A stretch of 64,000 bases of DNA from Gammaproteobacteria bacterium. Lineage in GTDB: Bacteria; Pseudomonadota; Gammaproteobacteria; Ga0077536. The stretch spans positions 77,622 to 141,621 of the forward strand of contig JACQWY010000002.1 in the NCBI GenBank assembly GCA_016209015.1. Reading direction: 5' to 3'. Position numbers and translations under genes: made by a program. Within the stretch, counting starts at the first letter, position 1. Each line of letters begins with the position of its first letter. Below the pieces are notes generated by a model, which saw nothing but the letters and a program-made list of their open reading frames with translations, was not told where the DNA came from and ran no database searches. Below are positions 1 to 9,000 of the stretch, piece by piece.

Positions 1-17
1 GCCTCTTCTTCGGCGAT

Positions 18-1181
18 TTGAGCGGCAAGGTCTATGCGCTCGATCCGGACACCGGGCGCGAGCACTGGAGCAGCGTCGCCGACGATCACCTTCACGCACG
101 CGTCACCGGCACGCCGATGTATCACGCCGGCCGGCTCTACGTGCCGCTGTCCTCGCTCGAGGAAGTCGCCGGCGCGATGCCCGACTACGAGTGCTGCACG
201 TTCCGCGGCGCCATCGCGGCACTCGACGCGACCACCGGCAAGCAGGTCTGGAAGACGCACACCATCGCCGAAGCGCCGACCAGGCGCGGCAGAAATCCGG
301 CCGGCGCGCAACTCTGGGCACCTTCCGGTGCCGCAGTGTGGTCCGCACCGACGCTCGACCCGGAGCACGACGCGCTCTACCTCGCGACCGGCGACAGCTA
401 TTCCGATCCCGCGGCGCCGGAGAGCGATGCCGTGATGTCGCTCGCGATGTCGACGGGCAAGGTCCGTTGGATCCGTCAGGCGACGCACGGCGACGCCTAT
501 ACGACGGCCTGCGCGGATCCCTCGCCGAAGTCTCAGGTCGCGTGTCCGAAATCGAAGGGCCCCGACCTCGACTTCGGTGCTTCGCCCGTGCTCGCGAAGG
601 ATGCGAACGGGCGCAGCGTGCTGCTCGCAGGACAGAAGTCCGGCGTGCTCCATGCGCTCGAGCCCGCGACGGGCAGCGTGTTGTGGCAGAAGACCGTCGG
701 CCGCGGCGGTATCGTCGGCGGCATCGAATGGGGCTTCGCGGTCGCGGATGGCCGCGCCTATGTCGCGCTCGCCGAAGCCTGGGAGCACGGCCCGAACGAC
801 GCCGGCGGCATCGTCGCCGTCGACCTCCGCGACGGCGCGACGGTCTGGCAGGTCGGCCCCGCGCAGGGCACGTGCGAAGGACGCAAGCGCTGCAATACCG
901 GCCAGCTCGCCGCGGTGAGCGGAATGCCGGGCGTCGTGTTCTCCGGCGCGCTCGACGGCCATTTGCGCGCGTATTCGACGCAGGACGGCAGTGTGCTGTG
1001 GGACGTCGATACGCGCGGGGATTACGCGACCGTGAACGCCATCGCGGCCCGCGGCGGGTCGCTCAACGGTCCCGGCCCGGCCATCGCCGATGGCCGTGTG
1101 TTCCTCGTCTCCGGCTATGCGCTCTGGAACCTGTGGACGCCGGGCAACGTGCTGCTCGCGTTCACGGTCGAGGGTCATTGA
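18..1181 (+). CDS. PQQ-like beta-propeller repeat protein (BamB/PQQ-dehydrogenase-like fold), 5' end outside window
   Basis: ORF track 18..1181. Repeated 'G.VYALD..TG...W' style beta-propeller repeats (VYALDPDTGREHW, LHALEPATGSVLW, LRAYSTQDGSVLW). The reading frame is open to the window edge, so the N-terminus is missing. Confidence 0.55.
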   Translation: MSGKVYALDPDTGREHWSSVADDHLHARVTGTPMYHAGRLYVPLSSLEEVAGAMPDYECCTFRGAIAALDATTGKQVWKTHTIAEAPTRRGRNPAGAQLWAPSGAAVWSAPTLDPEHDALYLATGDSYSDPAAPESDAVMSLAMSTGKVRWIRQATHGDAYTTACADPSPKSQVACPKSKGPDLDFGASPVLAKDANGRSVLLAGQKSGVLHALEPATGSVLWQKTVGRGGIVGGIEWGFAVADGRAYVALAEAWEHGPNDAGGIVAVDLRDGATVWQVGPAQGTCEGRKRCNTGQLAAVSGMPGVVFSGALDGHLRAYSTQDGSVLWDVDTRGDYATVNAIAARGGSLNGPGPAIADGRVFLVSGYALWNLWTPGNVLLAFTVEGH

Positions 1182-1245
1182 AAAGCGTGCGCGTTGCGGA
1201 TGTAAAGCAGCCGCAACTGCGCAGTGAGATCACGCACGCTTTCGT
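1182..1245 (+). terminator. Nested hairpin downstream of the PQQ-repeat gene (AAAGCGTGCG...CGCACGCTTT enclosing GTTGCGG...CCGCAAC)
   Basis: Inverted repeats read directly from the sequence right after the stop codon at 1179-1181. There is no U-tract, which is common in high-GC genomes. Confidence 0.3.
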
Positions 1246-1405
1246 CGCGACCTGATCCCGGGCTCTGAAGAATTCCACGAACGTGCCGCCACTGTCGTTG
1301 AATCACCCGGGTCGCCCGCCGGATCCGACAGCCCTGCCTGCCGGATCACGCCCACGACGGACAGTCTTTGCGCGCGCGGCCATCGCCGCGAACAGGAGTT
1401 TTGAC

Positions 1406-1819
1406 ATGGCGTTTTATGCATGGAACGACAGTTACGCGATGGGGATACCCCTCATCGACCGCCACCACCGGATGCTGGTGGGCTACGTCAACAAGCTCGC
1501 CGACGCGCTCGATCACGGCGCCGCCGACCAGATCGTGGGCGAACTGCTGAACGAGCTCGGCGTCTACACCCAGATGCATTTTTCCTACGAGGAGGCGCTG
1601 TTCAACGAGCACCACTATCCCGAGGAAGTCGAGCATCGCCACTATCACGAGAATCTCGTCGGGCAGGTGAAGGCCTTCCTGCAGCGCTATCAGGCCGGCT
1701 CAGACGGATTGAGCGTCGAGCTTCTCGAATTCCTGAAGCAGTGGCTCAACAATCACATCCTGCGCGAAGACATGGCCTACTCCGGCTTCCTCCGCGAGCG
1801 CATGGGGCGCAAGCACTGA
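1406..1819 (+). CDS. Bacteriohemerythrin (hemerythrin-like metal-binding domain protein)
   Basis: Internal ATG at 1406 of ORF 1283..1819. It is preceded by AGGAG and is in frame by mod-3 check. The His/Glu/Asp spacing is typical of hemerythrin: H..H...E, HF..EE, HH..H, H...ED (MAFYAWNDSYAMGIPLIDRHH...HFSYEEALF...HRHYHENL...NHILREDMAY). Confidence 0.8.
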   Translation: MAFYAWNDSYAMGIPLIDRHHRMLVGYVNKLADALDHGAADQIVGELLNELGVYTQMHFSYEEALFNEHHYPEEVEHRHYHENLVGQVKAFLQRYQAGSDGLSVELLEFLKQWLNNHILREDMAYSGFLRERMGRKH

Positions 1820-1861
1820 GCTCGGGCGCGCGCCTCGCCCGGAGGCGCGCAGCACTTTGCT

Positions 1862-3100
1862 TCAGGCGGTCGGCGCCGCCGTCCGTCGCGCCCAGCGTTC
1901 GCGGATGTAGTCCAGGAGCTCCGTCGCGGAGGCAAAGCGGTCCTTGGGGTCTTTCGCCATCGTGCGGTCGATGATCGGTTGCAGCGCCGCGAACTCCTTC
2001 GGCAGCGTCGGCACCGGGTCGTTCGCATGCATGTACAGGAGCGCGATCAGCGAATTCGCCTGATACGGCTTCTCCCCCGTCAGCATCTCGAAGAAGATGG
2101 CGCCCAGGCTGTACAGGTCGCTGCGCGCATCGACCCCGGTCGCCGCGCCCTGCTCCGGGCTCATGTAGTACGGCGTTCCCAGCACCTCGCCCGGCATCGT
2201 CAGCGTCCACGACCACTCGAGCGCCCGCGAGACGCCGAAATCCATCAGCGCGATGCTGCGATCGGCCCGGAACATGATGTTCTGCGGTTTCAGATCACGA
2301 TGCACCACGCCCTGGCGGTGGACGTCCTCGAGCGCGATCGCGAGCTGGTAGAGGAAGCCGAGCGCGCGTTTCGGCGCGAGCGGCTTGCCGAGCAGCGGTT
2401 TCATGTCGCCGCCCGGGAAGTACTCCATCACGATGTACACGCTGTCGTCGGTGAAACCGTGCTCGTAGATGTGGGCGACGTGGTGGCTGTCGATTTTGGA
2501 GTGCAGATTGAATTCCTGCATGAAGCGCTTGAGCTGACCGTCGTCCTCGGTGAGCTCGCCATCGAGGATCTTGATCGCGACGGTCTCGTGCGTGTCCTGC
2601 TTGTCCGCGAGGTAGACCGTCGCCATACCGCCCCGACCAATCCGCTTCAGTACGTGATAGCCCTTGATGCGGACGTCCGCGGCTTCCGCCTCGGTCAGCG
2701 GCGCGAGCGGCTGCGTCAGGTCGAGATCCGAAAGCTCGACGCTCGTCGCGAGCGCTTCGTGCGTCGCGCGGTCCCGCGCCGCGAGCGCTTCCTTCATCGC
2801 TTCGGCGACGCTCTTGCGGTCAATCTGTCTGCTGTCGAGCACGGCCGCGCAGCGTACCCGCGCCACGTCGTCCGGCGCCGCCATACAGACGCCGATGCAG
2901 GCGGGAGTCGGCGGCCGCGGAAACGGCAGCTTCGACCCGAGATCGATGAACGCAACGTCGCAGCCCCGCGTCCCGCCCGCCAGTTCGAGCCAGGCCTGAG
3001 GATCGAACTCATCGACGTCGGCTTCCGGCCAGTCGATCGACAGCAGCTGCGCGAGCATGAGCCGCAGATCTTCATCGGGATGGACGATCGCAATGCGCAT
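1862..3100 (-). CDS. Hanks-type Ser/Thr protein kinase with an N-terminal ~150-aa non-kinase domain (possibly a degenerate receiver-like fold)
   Basis: ORF 1862..3205 on the minus strand. Kinase motifs: GRGGMATVY (P-loop), VAIKIL (catalytic Lys), HRDLKPQNIM, DFGVS, GTPYYMSPE. The probable start is MRIAIV at 3100. An alternative start at 3205 or 3187 cannot be excluded. Confidence 0.7.
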   Translation of the reverse strand: MRIAIVHPDEDLRLMLAQLLSIDWPEADVDEFDPQAWLELAGGTRGCDVAFIDLGSKLPFPRPPTPACIGVCMAAPDDVARVRCAAVLDSRQIDRKSVAEAMKEALAARDRATHEALATSVELSDLDLTQPLAPLTEAEAADVRIKGYHVLKRIGRGGMATVYLADKQDTHETVAIKILDGELTEDDGQLKRFMQEFNLHSKIDSHHVAHIYEHGFTDDSVYIVMEYFPGGDMKPLLGKPLAPKRALGFLYQLAIALEDVHRQGVVHRDLKPQNIMFRADRSIALMDFGVSRALEWSWTLTMPGEVLGTPYYMSPEQGAATGVDARSDLYSLGAIFFEMLTGEKPYQANSLIALLYMHANDPVPTLPKEFAALQPIIDRTMAKDPKDRFASATELLDYIRERWARRTAAPTA

Positions 3101-3368
3101 CGACGGGCCTGGTGACAAATCGGACGCCAAGTGTCCCTCCGGCCGGCGGCGATCGTCTACAGCGGACCGCACGATGCGCGCCCGCATCGGCTGCTTCTGC
3201 AACACGCGCTTGATCCAGGTCAGTCGCGGGGAACGGGATCACAGCGCGCGGCCCGGTCCTCAAGTCGATTTGCACGCTGGTCGATACCTTACCCGCGGCT
3301 GCCGTCATGGTGCAGGCGGATCCCTCTGCCGCGAAGTTCGAACAGGGAATGAAACACGGGAGGCCAGT

Positions 3369-3812
3369 GTGGGCGAGAAGTCCCCGACTGCCGGATACAA
3401 GATCCTCGTCATCGACGACAGCAACACGATCCGTCGAAGCGCCGAGATCACGCTGAAGCACGCGGGTTTCGAAGTGGTCCTCGCCGAGGACGGCTTCGAC
3501 GCGCTCGCGCAGATCGTCGATCACCATCCGGATCTCATTTTTCTCGACATCATGATGCCGCGCCTGGACGGTTATGCGACGTGCGGTCTCATCAAGCGCA
3601 ATCTCCAGTTCCGCGACACCCCGGTGATCATGCTCTCCAGCAAAGACAGCGTGTTCGATCGGGCGCGCGGCCGGCTGGTCGGCGCCAATGAATACCTGAC
3701 GAAGCCTTTCACCAAGGAGGGCCTGCTCGAGGCCGTCCGGGCGCATTTGGCCGCGCCGCATTCAACCGAGGAGAACCCGCATGTCCGTCAAGAGAGTACT
3801 GGTCGTCGATGA
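3369..3812 (+). CDS. pilG: Twitching-motility response regulator PilG (CheY-like single receiver)
   Basis: GTG at 3369 is preceded by GGGAGG. The REC domain reads KILVIDDSNTIRRSAEITLK...DLIFLDIMMPRLDGY...TPVIMLSSKD...YLTKPF and is almost co-linear with the P. aeruginosa PilG that I recall. The gene is first in the pilGHIJ-chpA order. Confidence 0.8.
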   Translation: MGEKSPTAGYKILVIDDSNTIRRSAEITLKHAGFEVVLAEDGFDALAQIVDHHPDLIFLDIMMPRLDGYATCGLIKRNLQFRDTPVIMLSSKDSVFDRARGRLVGANEYLTKPFTKEGLLEAVRAHLAAPHSTEENPHVRQESTGRR

Positions 3813-4146
3813 TTCCGCGACCGAGCGTCACATGTTGAGCGAGCTGCTCACGGCGCACGGTTACGAGGTGTTCACCGCCGAATCCGGCGAGGATGGCATC
3901 GAAAAGACCAAGCAGCTCAGGCCCGACCTCGTGCTCATGGACGTCGTCATGCCGGGACTCAACGGATTCCAGGCCACCCGCATGCTGACGCGTGACGACG
4001 CGACGAAGAACATTCCGGTCATCATGTGCACGACGAAATCGCAGGAGACCGACAAGGTGTGGGGCCTGCGGCAGGGCGCCGCGAGCTATGTCACGAAGCC
4101 GGTCGACGAGGGCGAGCTGCTCGAGCAGATCGCCGCGCTCAACTGA
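3781..4146 (+). CDS. pilH: Response regulator PilH (CheY-like)
   Basis: ORF track. REC domain reads VLVVDDSATERHML...DLVLMDVVMPGLNGF...IPVIMCTTKSQETDKVWGLRQGA..YVTKP. The gene overlaps the pilG 3' end by 32 bp. Confidence 0.8.
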   Translation: MSVKRVLVVDDSATERHMLSELLTAHGYEVFTAESGEDGIEKTKQLRPDLVLMDVVMPGLNGFQATRMLTRDDATKNIPVIMCTTKSQETDKVWGLRQGAASYVTKPVDEGELLEQIAALN

Positions 4147-4147
4147 C

Positions 4148-4660
4148 ATGGGCAAACGCACCAGCCTCGTCGAGTTCCAGCGCGAGTTGCTGGAACGCCT
4201 GAGCGTCGCGCCGCGCGGCGAAGCGCTCAATGCGCTGCTCGCCGTCGCGCTCGGTGACGAGCCCTGGCTCATCGGTCTCGGCGACATCTCCGAAGTGCTG
4301 CCGGTCCCGCCGATCGAGACCGTGCCGTGGACGAAACGCTGGCTGCAGGGCGCGGTGAACGTGCGCGGCCAGGTATACGGCGTGGTGGATCTCGCGGCGT
4401 TCGTCGGTGCCGGGGCAGCGGCCGCCGGCCCGGGCGCGCGCATCCTGCTCGTGCACCGGCGCATCGCCAACGCCTGTGCGCTGCTGGTACCGCGCGTCAT
4501 CGGACTGCGCAACCCGACCTCGTTCATCGCGGATCTCGCGATGCCGGGCGATGCGCCCTGGGTCCGAACCATTCACGTCGACGCGGAGAAGCAGCGCTGG
4601 TCGGAGCTCGATCTGCGTCGCCTCACGTCGCATCCCACTTTTCTCGAGGCCGCGCTGTAG
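4148..4660 (+). CDS. pilI: CheW-like coupling protein PilI
   Basis: ATG at 4148 is in frame within ORF 3992..4660. The CheW-like fold is LIGLGDISEVLPVPPIETVPWTKRWLQGAVNVRGQVYGVVDLAAF. The gene lies between pilH and the MCP gene. Confidence 0.7.
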   Translation: MGKRTSLVEFQRELLERLSVAPRGEALNALLAVALGDEPWLIGLGDISEVLPVPPIETVPWTKRWLQGAVNVRGQVYGVVDLAAFVGAGAAAAGPGARILLVHRRIANACALLVPRVIGLRNPTSFIADLAMPGDAPWVRTIHVDAEKQRWSELDLRRLTSHPTFLEAAL

Positions 4661-4711
4661 GCCGGGCTCCGGCTCCGCGCACAGCCCACCCGAACAACAC
4701 TGGAGGTTTTC

Positions 4712-6058
4712 ATGTCAGCGAACAACACTGCGCCGGCCGGCCAGAGCGGAAAGGACAGCGGCTCGTCCGGCGCCGGAGGCGGCAAGGTCGCCCATCTGTT
4801 CGGCGCGAAGAAGAAGAGCGGAACGCGCAGCGCGGCGCTCGGCTCCGCGCAGCTCCACATGCTCGCCGGCGCCCTCTGTGCAGGCGCGGTCGGCGTGTTG
4901 CTGTTCGCGGCGGCGGGCGCGGGCGTGACGGCGGGCTTCCTCGTCACGGCGGGACTCGCGATTGCGCTCGTCGGCAGCGGCGTCGCGGTACTCGCGAAGC
5001 TCTCCAAGGCGGCAGCCGCGGCGCAGAAGTCGCTCGAAGAGCAGACGGCGAAGCACGCGACGGAATCCCAGCGCAACCAGTCGGCGATCCTGCGTCTCCT
5101 CGACGACATGGGCGCGCTGGCCGATGGCGATCTGACCGTGAAGTCGAAGGTGACCGAGGACATCACGGGCGCGATCGCCGACTCCGTGAATTACACGGTG
5201 GGCGAGCTCCGCAGCCTCGTGACCCGCGTGAACGACGCTTCCGCGGAAGTGCTGCAGAAGACGACGGGCGCCGAAGCGCTCTCCGTCACGGTGCTCGAGG
5301 CCGCGCAGCGACAGGCCGACCAGATCAAGCTCGCCAGCACGCAGGTGATGGGCGTCGCGGACTCGGTGAAGGACGTCTCGAGCAAGGCGACGGACTCGGC
5401 GCGCGTCGCGGGGCGCTCACTCGAGGCGGCGGAAGCCGGCGGTGCCGCGGTGGAGAACTCCATCAAGGGCATGAACGAAATCCGCGAGAACATCCAGGAG
5501 ACCTCGAAGCGCATCAAGCGTCTCGGCGAGAGCTCGCAGGAAATCGGCGAAATCGTCGAGCTCATCTCCGACATCACCGAGCAGACGAACGTGCTCGCCC
5601 TGAATGCGGCCATCCAGGCCGCCGCGGCGGGTGAAGCGGGCCGCGGCTTCGCGGTGGTCGCCGAGGAAGTGCAGCGTCTGGCCGAACGATCCGGCGAAGC
5701 CACGAAGCAGATCGGCAATCTCGTGAAGACGATTCAGCGCGACACGCAGGACGCGGTGGCCGCCATGGAGCGCAGCACGGTCGGCGTGGTGGAAGGCGCG
5801 AAGCTCGCCGACGCGGCGGGTGATTCGCTGCGCCAGATCCGACAGGTGTCGAACGATCTCGCCCGCATCATCGAGGACATCTTCGGCAAGACGAAGGAAC
5901 AGGCCGTGGTCGCGGACGAAGTGGCGAACACGATGCAGTCGATCCTCGGCATCACGGACGAGAACACGCGGGGCACGATGCAGATGACGGAATCCGTCAC
6001 CCAGCTCGCGAGCCTCGCGAGCGAGCTCAAGCAATCGGTATCCGGATTCAAGCTCTAG
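4712..6058 (+). CDS. pilJ: Methyl-accepting chemotaxis protein PilJ
   Basis: ORF track. There is an N-terminal TM region. The MCP signalling domain with the highly conserved hairpin tip is LALNAAIQAAAAGEAGRGFAVVAEEVQRLAERS. SD GGAGG lies upstream of the ATG. Confidence 0.85.
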   Translation: MSANNTAPAGQSGKDSGSSGAGGGKVAHLFGAKKKSGTRSAALGSAQLHMLAGALCAGAVGVLLFAAAGAGVTAGFLVTAGLAIALVGSGVAVLAKLSKAAAAAQKSLEEQTAKHATESQRNQSAILRLLDDMGALADGDLTVKSKVTEDITGAIADSVNYTVGELRSLVTRVNDASAEVLQKTTGAEALSVTVLEAAQRQADQIKLASTQVMGVADSVKDVSSKATDSARVAGRSLEAAEAGGAAVENSIKGMNEIRENIQETSKRIKRLGESSQEIGEIVELISDITEQTNVLALNAAIQAAAAGEAGRGFAVVAEEVQRLAERSGEATKQIGNLVKTIQRDTQDAVAAMERSTVGVVEGAKLADAAGDSLRQIRQVSNDLARIIEDIFGKTKEQAVVADEVANTMQSILGITDENTRGTMQMTESVTQLASLASELKQSVSGFKL

Positions 6059-6074
6059 ACGGAGCGTACGCCCA

Positions 6075-9000
6075 ATGATCGCTCAAACGGACATGGACGC
6101 CCTGCGCATCGTCGCTCCGGAAATCGACCGGGTCCTCGCGCTGACCGCGTCCGCCCTGACCGACGGCGCCAACGCCGAGCTCGCGCGTCAGTGCGAGCGC
6201 GATCTGCATCGTCTGCGCGGGGCCTTCGAGATGGCGGCGGCGCCGGGACTCGCACGCTTCTGCGAATGCTTCACCGCGGGGTACTGCGCGAGCCTCGCCG
6301 ATCCCGCGAATCGCAGCCGCTGGAACGCGCTGCTCGAACGCGCGCTGGCCGCGCTCAAGCGCTGCGTCAGAGACGCCGAGCACAACGGTGCAGTGCAGTC
6401 CATGCTGCTCTTCCCGCTCTACGTGGACATGAAGCGCGCGCTCGGTGAGGACAAGGTCAGCGCGAGCGATCTGTACTATCCCGAGGTCGATGTCGAACGC
6501 AGCCGCGGCGAACCGGTCACTCTGCCTGCGCAGGACTCGACCGCGGTCGCGAAACTCGCCCGCGGCCGCTATCAGCGGGCACTGCTCGCCTGGCTGCGCG
6601 GCGACGGCGTAGCGCCGGCCGCGATGCTGCGGGCCGTGACGACGGTCGACCAGTTGTTCGGCGCGCAATCGAATTTCTGGTGGGTGGCCTGCGGCTTCCT
6701 CGACGGCATCCGGGCCGGCGGCTTCACCATAGACTCCCATCTCAAGCGCATCTGCGCGCGCATCGATCTGCAGATTGCCCGCATCTGCGACGGGGCGAAC
6801 CTCGTCTCCGACGCCCTGCTGCGCGAGATGCTGTACTTCATCGGCCGCTGCACGGTCGACACCACGCGGATCAGCGAACTGCGCGAGGCTTATGCGCTCG
6901 ACGACGACGCACGTAACGGCGCCGCGGAGAGCGACGATCCCGCGGCGCGTGCCGCGGCGCTGAGCGCGGTACATACCGCCCAGCGTACGTTGGAAGGCCT
7001 CGCTGGCGGCGGTGCCGGCGCGGAAGCGGCTTTCGATGCCGCGATCGAGCGGCTCAACGCCTGCATCGACACGCTGCGCGAGCCCGCAGTGAAGGCGGCG
7101 GGCAACGCCGTCGGTACCGAAGCGCAGGAGCTGCGCTCGGGCGGACGGAACTACGAGAAAGACGCCGTCTCGCTCGCCGGCCTGCTGCTCGCGCTCGAGC
7201 GGGTGCTCGACGAGCGCACCGCCCAGCCCGGCGCGACGGCCGAGCTCAATGCCCTGCTCGAAGGGGGAACCACGACCGGCGGCACGACGAACCGTCTCGA
7301 TGCAGCGCTCGGGCAGGAGATCCGCAAGAGTCTCAAGCAGGTCGAGCATGCACTCGAGAGCCTGACCGCGGCCGCCGTGCCGCGCGACGTCGCACCCGCG
7401 CTGAATCCGCTGCGCCGGGCCGGGGCCGCGCTCGCGATCGCGAGCCAGACCGAGGCCGCGCAACTGCTCGCGCACGCCGAAGGCCTGGTGCGCGAGCTCG
7501 CGGACTCGCCGACGCCCGAAACGCAAATCGAGACGCTCGCCGAATGCCTCGGCGGCGCCGAGTTGTTCGTCGAGGCCGCGTGCCGCGGCAGCAACGGTCG
7601 CGAGGTGATCCTGCCGCTGCTGCGCAAGCTCGGCCTCGCCCCTGCCGACGAGCCGCCCGGCGAGCCGGCCGCGACCCAGCCGGCGACGGTCGAACAAGCG
7701 CTCGCACTCGAACGTCGCGGCGTGCAGGACCTGTTGCACAACTGGCAGCGCTCGAGCGAACGCGTCGTCGATGAATTGAAGAACAACCTGCAGGCGATCC
7801 ACCAGGACGCGCTGCTCGTCGCCGATCGCGAAGTTCGCGAACGATCCGCGCACGCGCTGTCGCTGCTCCAGGCGGCGCCGCCGGCGATAGATCCGCAACT
7901 GCGCGACGCCGTCGCCGCCGTCGGCGGCGTGATGGGCGGCCGCGGCCAGGCGCCGGCGGCCGTCGACGTCGCTTCCGATCCCGAGGTGCTGGACGTCTAT
8001 CTCGAGGAAGCGCGCGAAGTGCTCGATACGGTACGTGCGCATCTCGCGAGCGACGCGCGCACGCCGGAGGGTCTGCGCGAAGTCCGCCGCTATTACCACA
8101 CGCTGAAGGGCAGCAGCCGCGTCGTCGGCCTCGTCCACATGGGCGAAGTGGCGTGGAGCGTGGAACGCCAGTTGAATGCCTGGCTCGATGCCGACCTCGA
8201 CGCGACGCCGGCATTGCTCGCCGCCGTCGGCGCGGTCGCCGAAGCGTTCGCGGGCTGGGTGGAGAATCTCGCCGATCACGGCAGCACCGGCGTCGATGCC
8301 GCGGCACTGCAGGCCGGGATTGACGCCTTGACGCCGGCCAGCGCCACCGCGCCGGAGCCCGTCCCGGCGGCGCAAGCCGACGTCGAACCCGAGCCCCCCG
8401 CCGCGGGCGCGGCGCCGAATCCCGATCACGTGCGCCTCGGTCCCGAGTTCACCGTCTCCCGCGCGCTCCTCGACATCTTCCGCTCCGAAGCCGCGCAGCA
8501 CCTCGCTACCCTGCGCACGGACGCCGACTCGGCCGCGCCGGGCGATACCGTGCGGCGCACCGCGTTGCGCGCCGCCCATACGCTGGCCGGGATCGGGCGC
8601 ACCGTACGCATCGACGCCGTCGCGGGACTCGCCGCCGCGCTCGAAGCGTGGCTCGAGCGCATGCTCGACGCCGGTGCGGCGATGGAGGAGGAGTGCCGCG
8701 CGCTGTTCGTCGAAGCCGTCGACAGTCTGGGCGCGATGCTCGCGACCATCGAGGGCGAAGCGCTGCCCATCGCCGACACCGCGCTCCGCGACAAGCTCGA
8801 AGCCGCGGCTGCCGCGGTCGTCGCCGCCGAGGAAGCGGCATTCGTCGAACAGGAGATCGCGATCCCGGCCGCGCTGCTCGAGGCGGCGTTCATGCAGGGC
8901 GTGAATCCGGAAATCCTGCCCGTCGTGCTGGACGAGGCCCACGACCTGGGCGCCGCGATTGGGCGCGAGCTCGTCGGCTGGCGCGAGTCGCCCGACGAGG

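Noticed and set aside
3781-3812. 32-bp overlap between pilG and pilH suggested a possible frameshifted single gene
   Set aside because: Each ORF encodes a complete, separately recognisable CheY-like receiver that matches PilG and PilH respectively. They are in different frames, and each has its own start.
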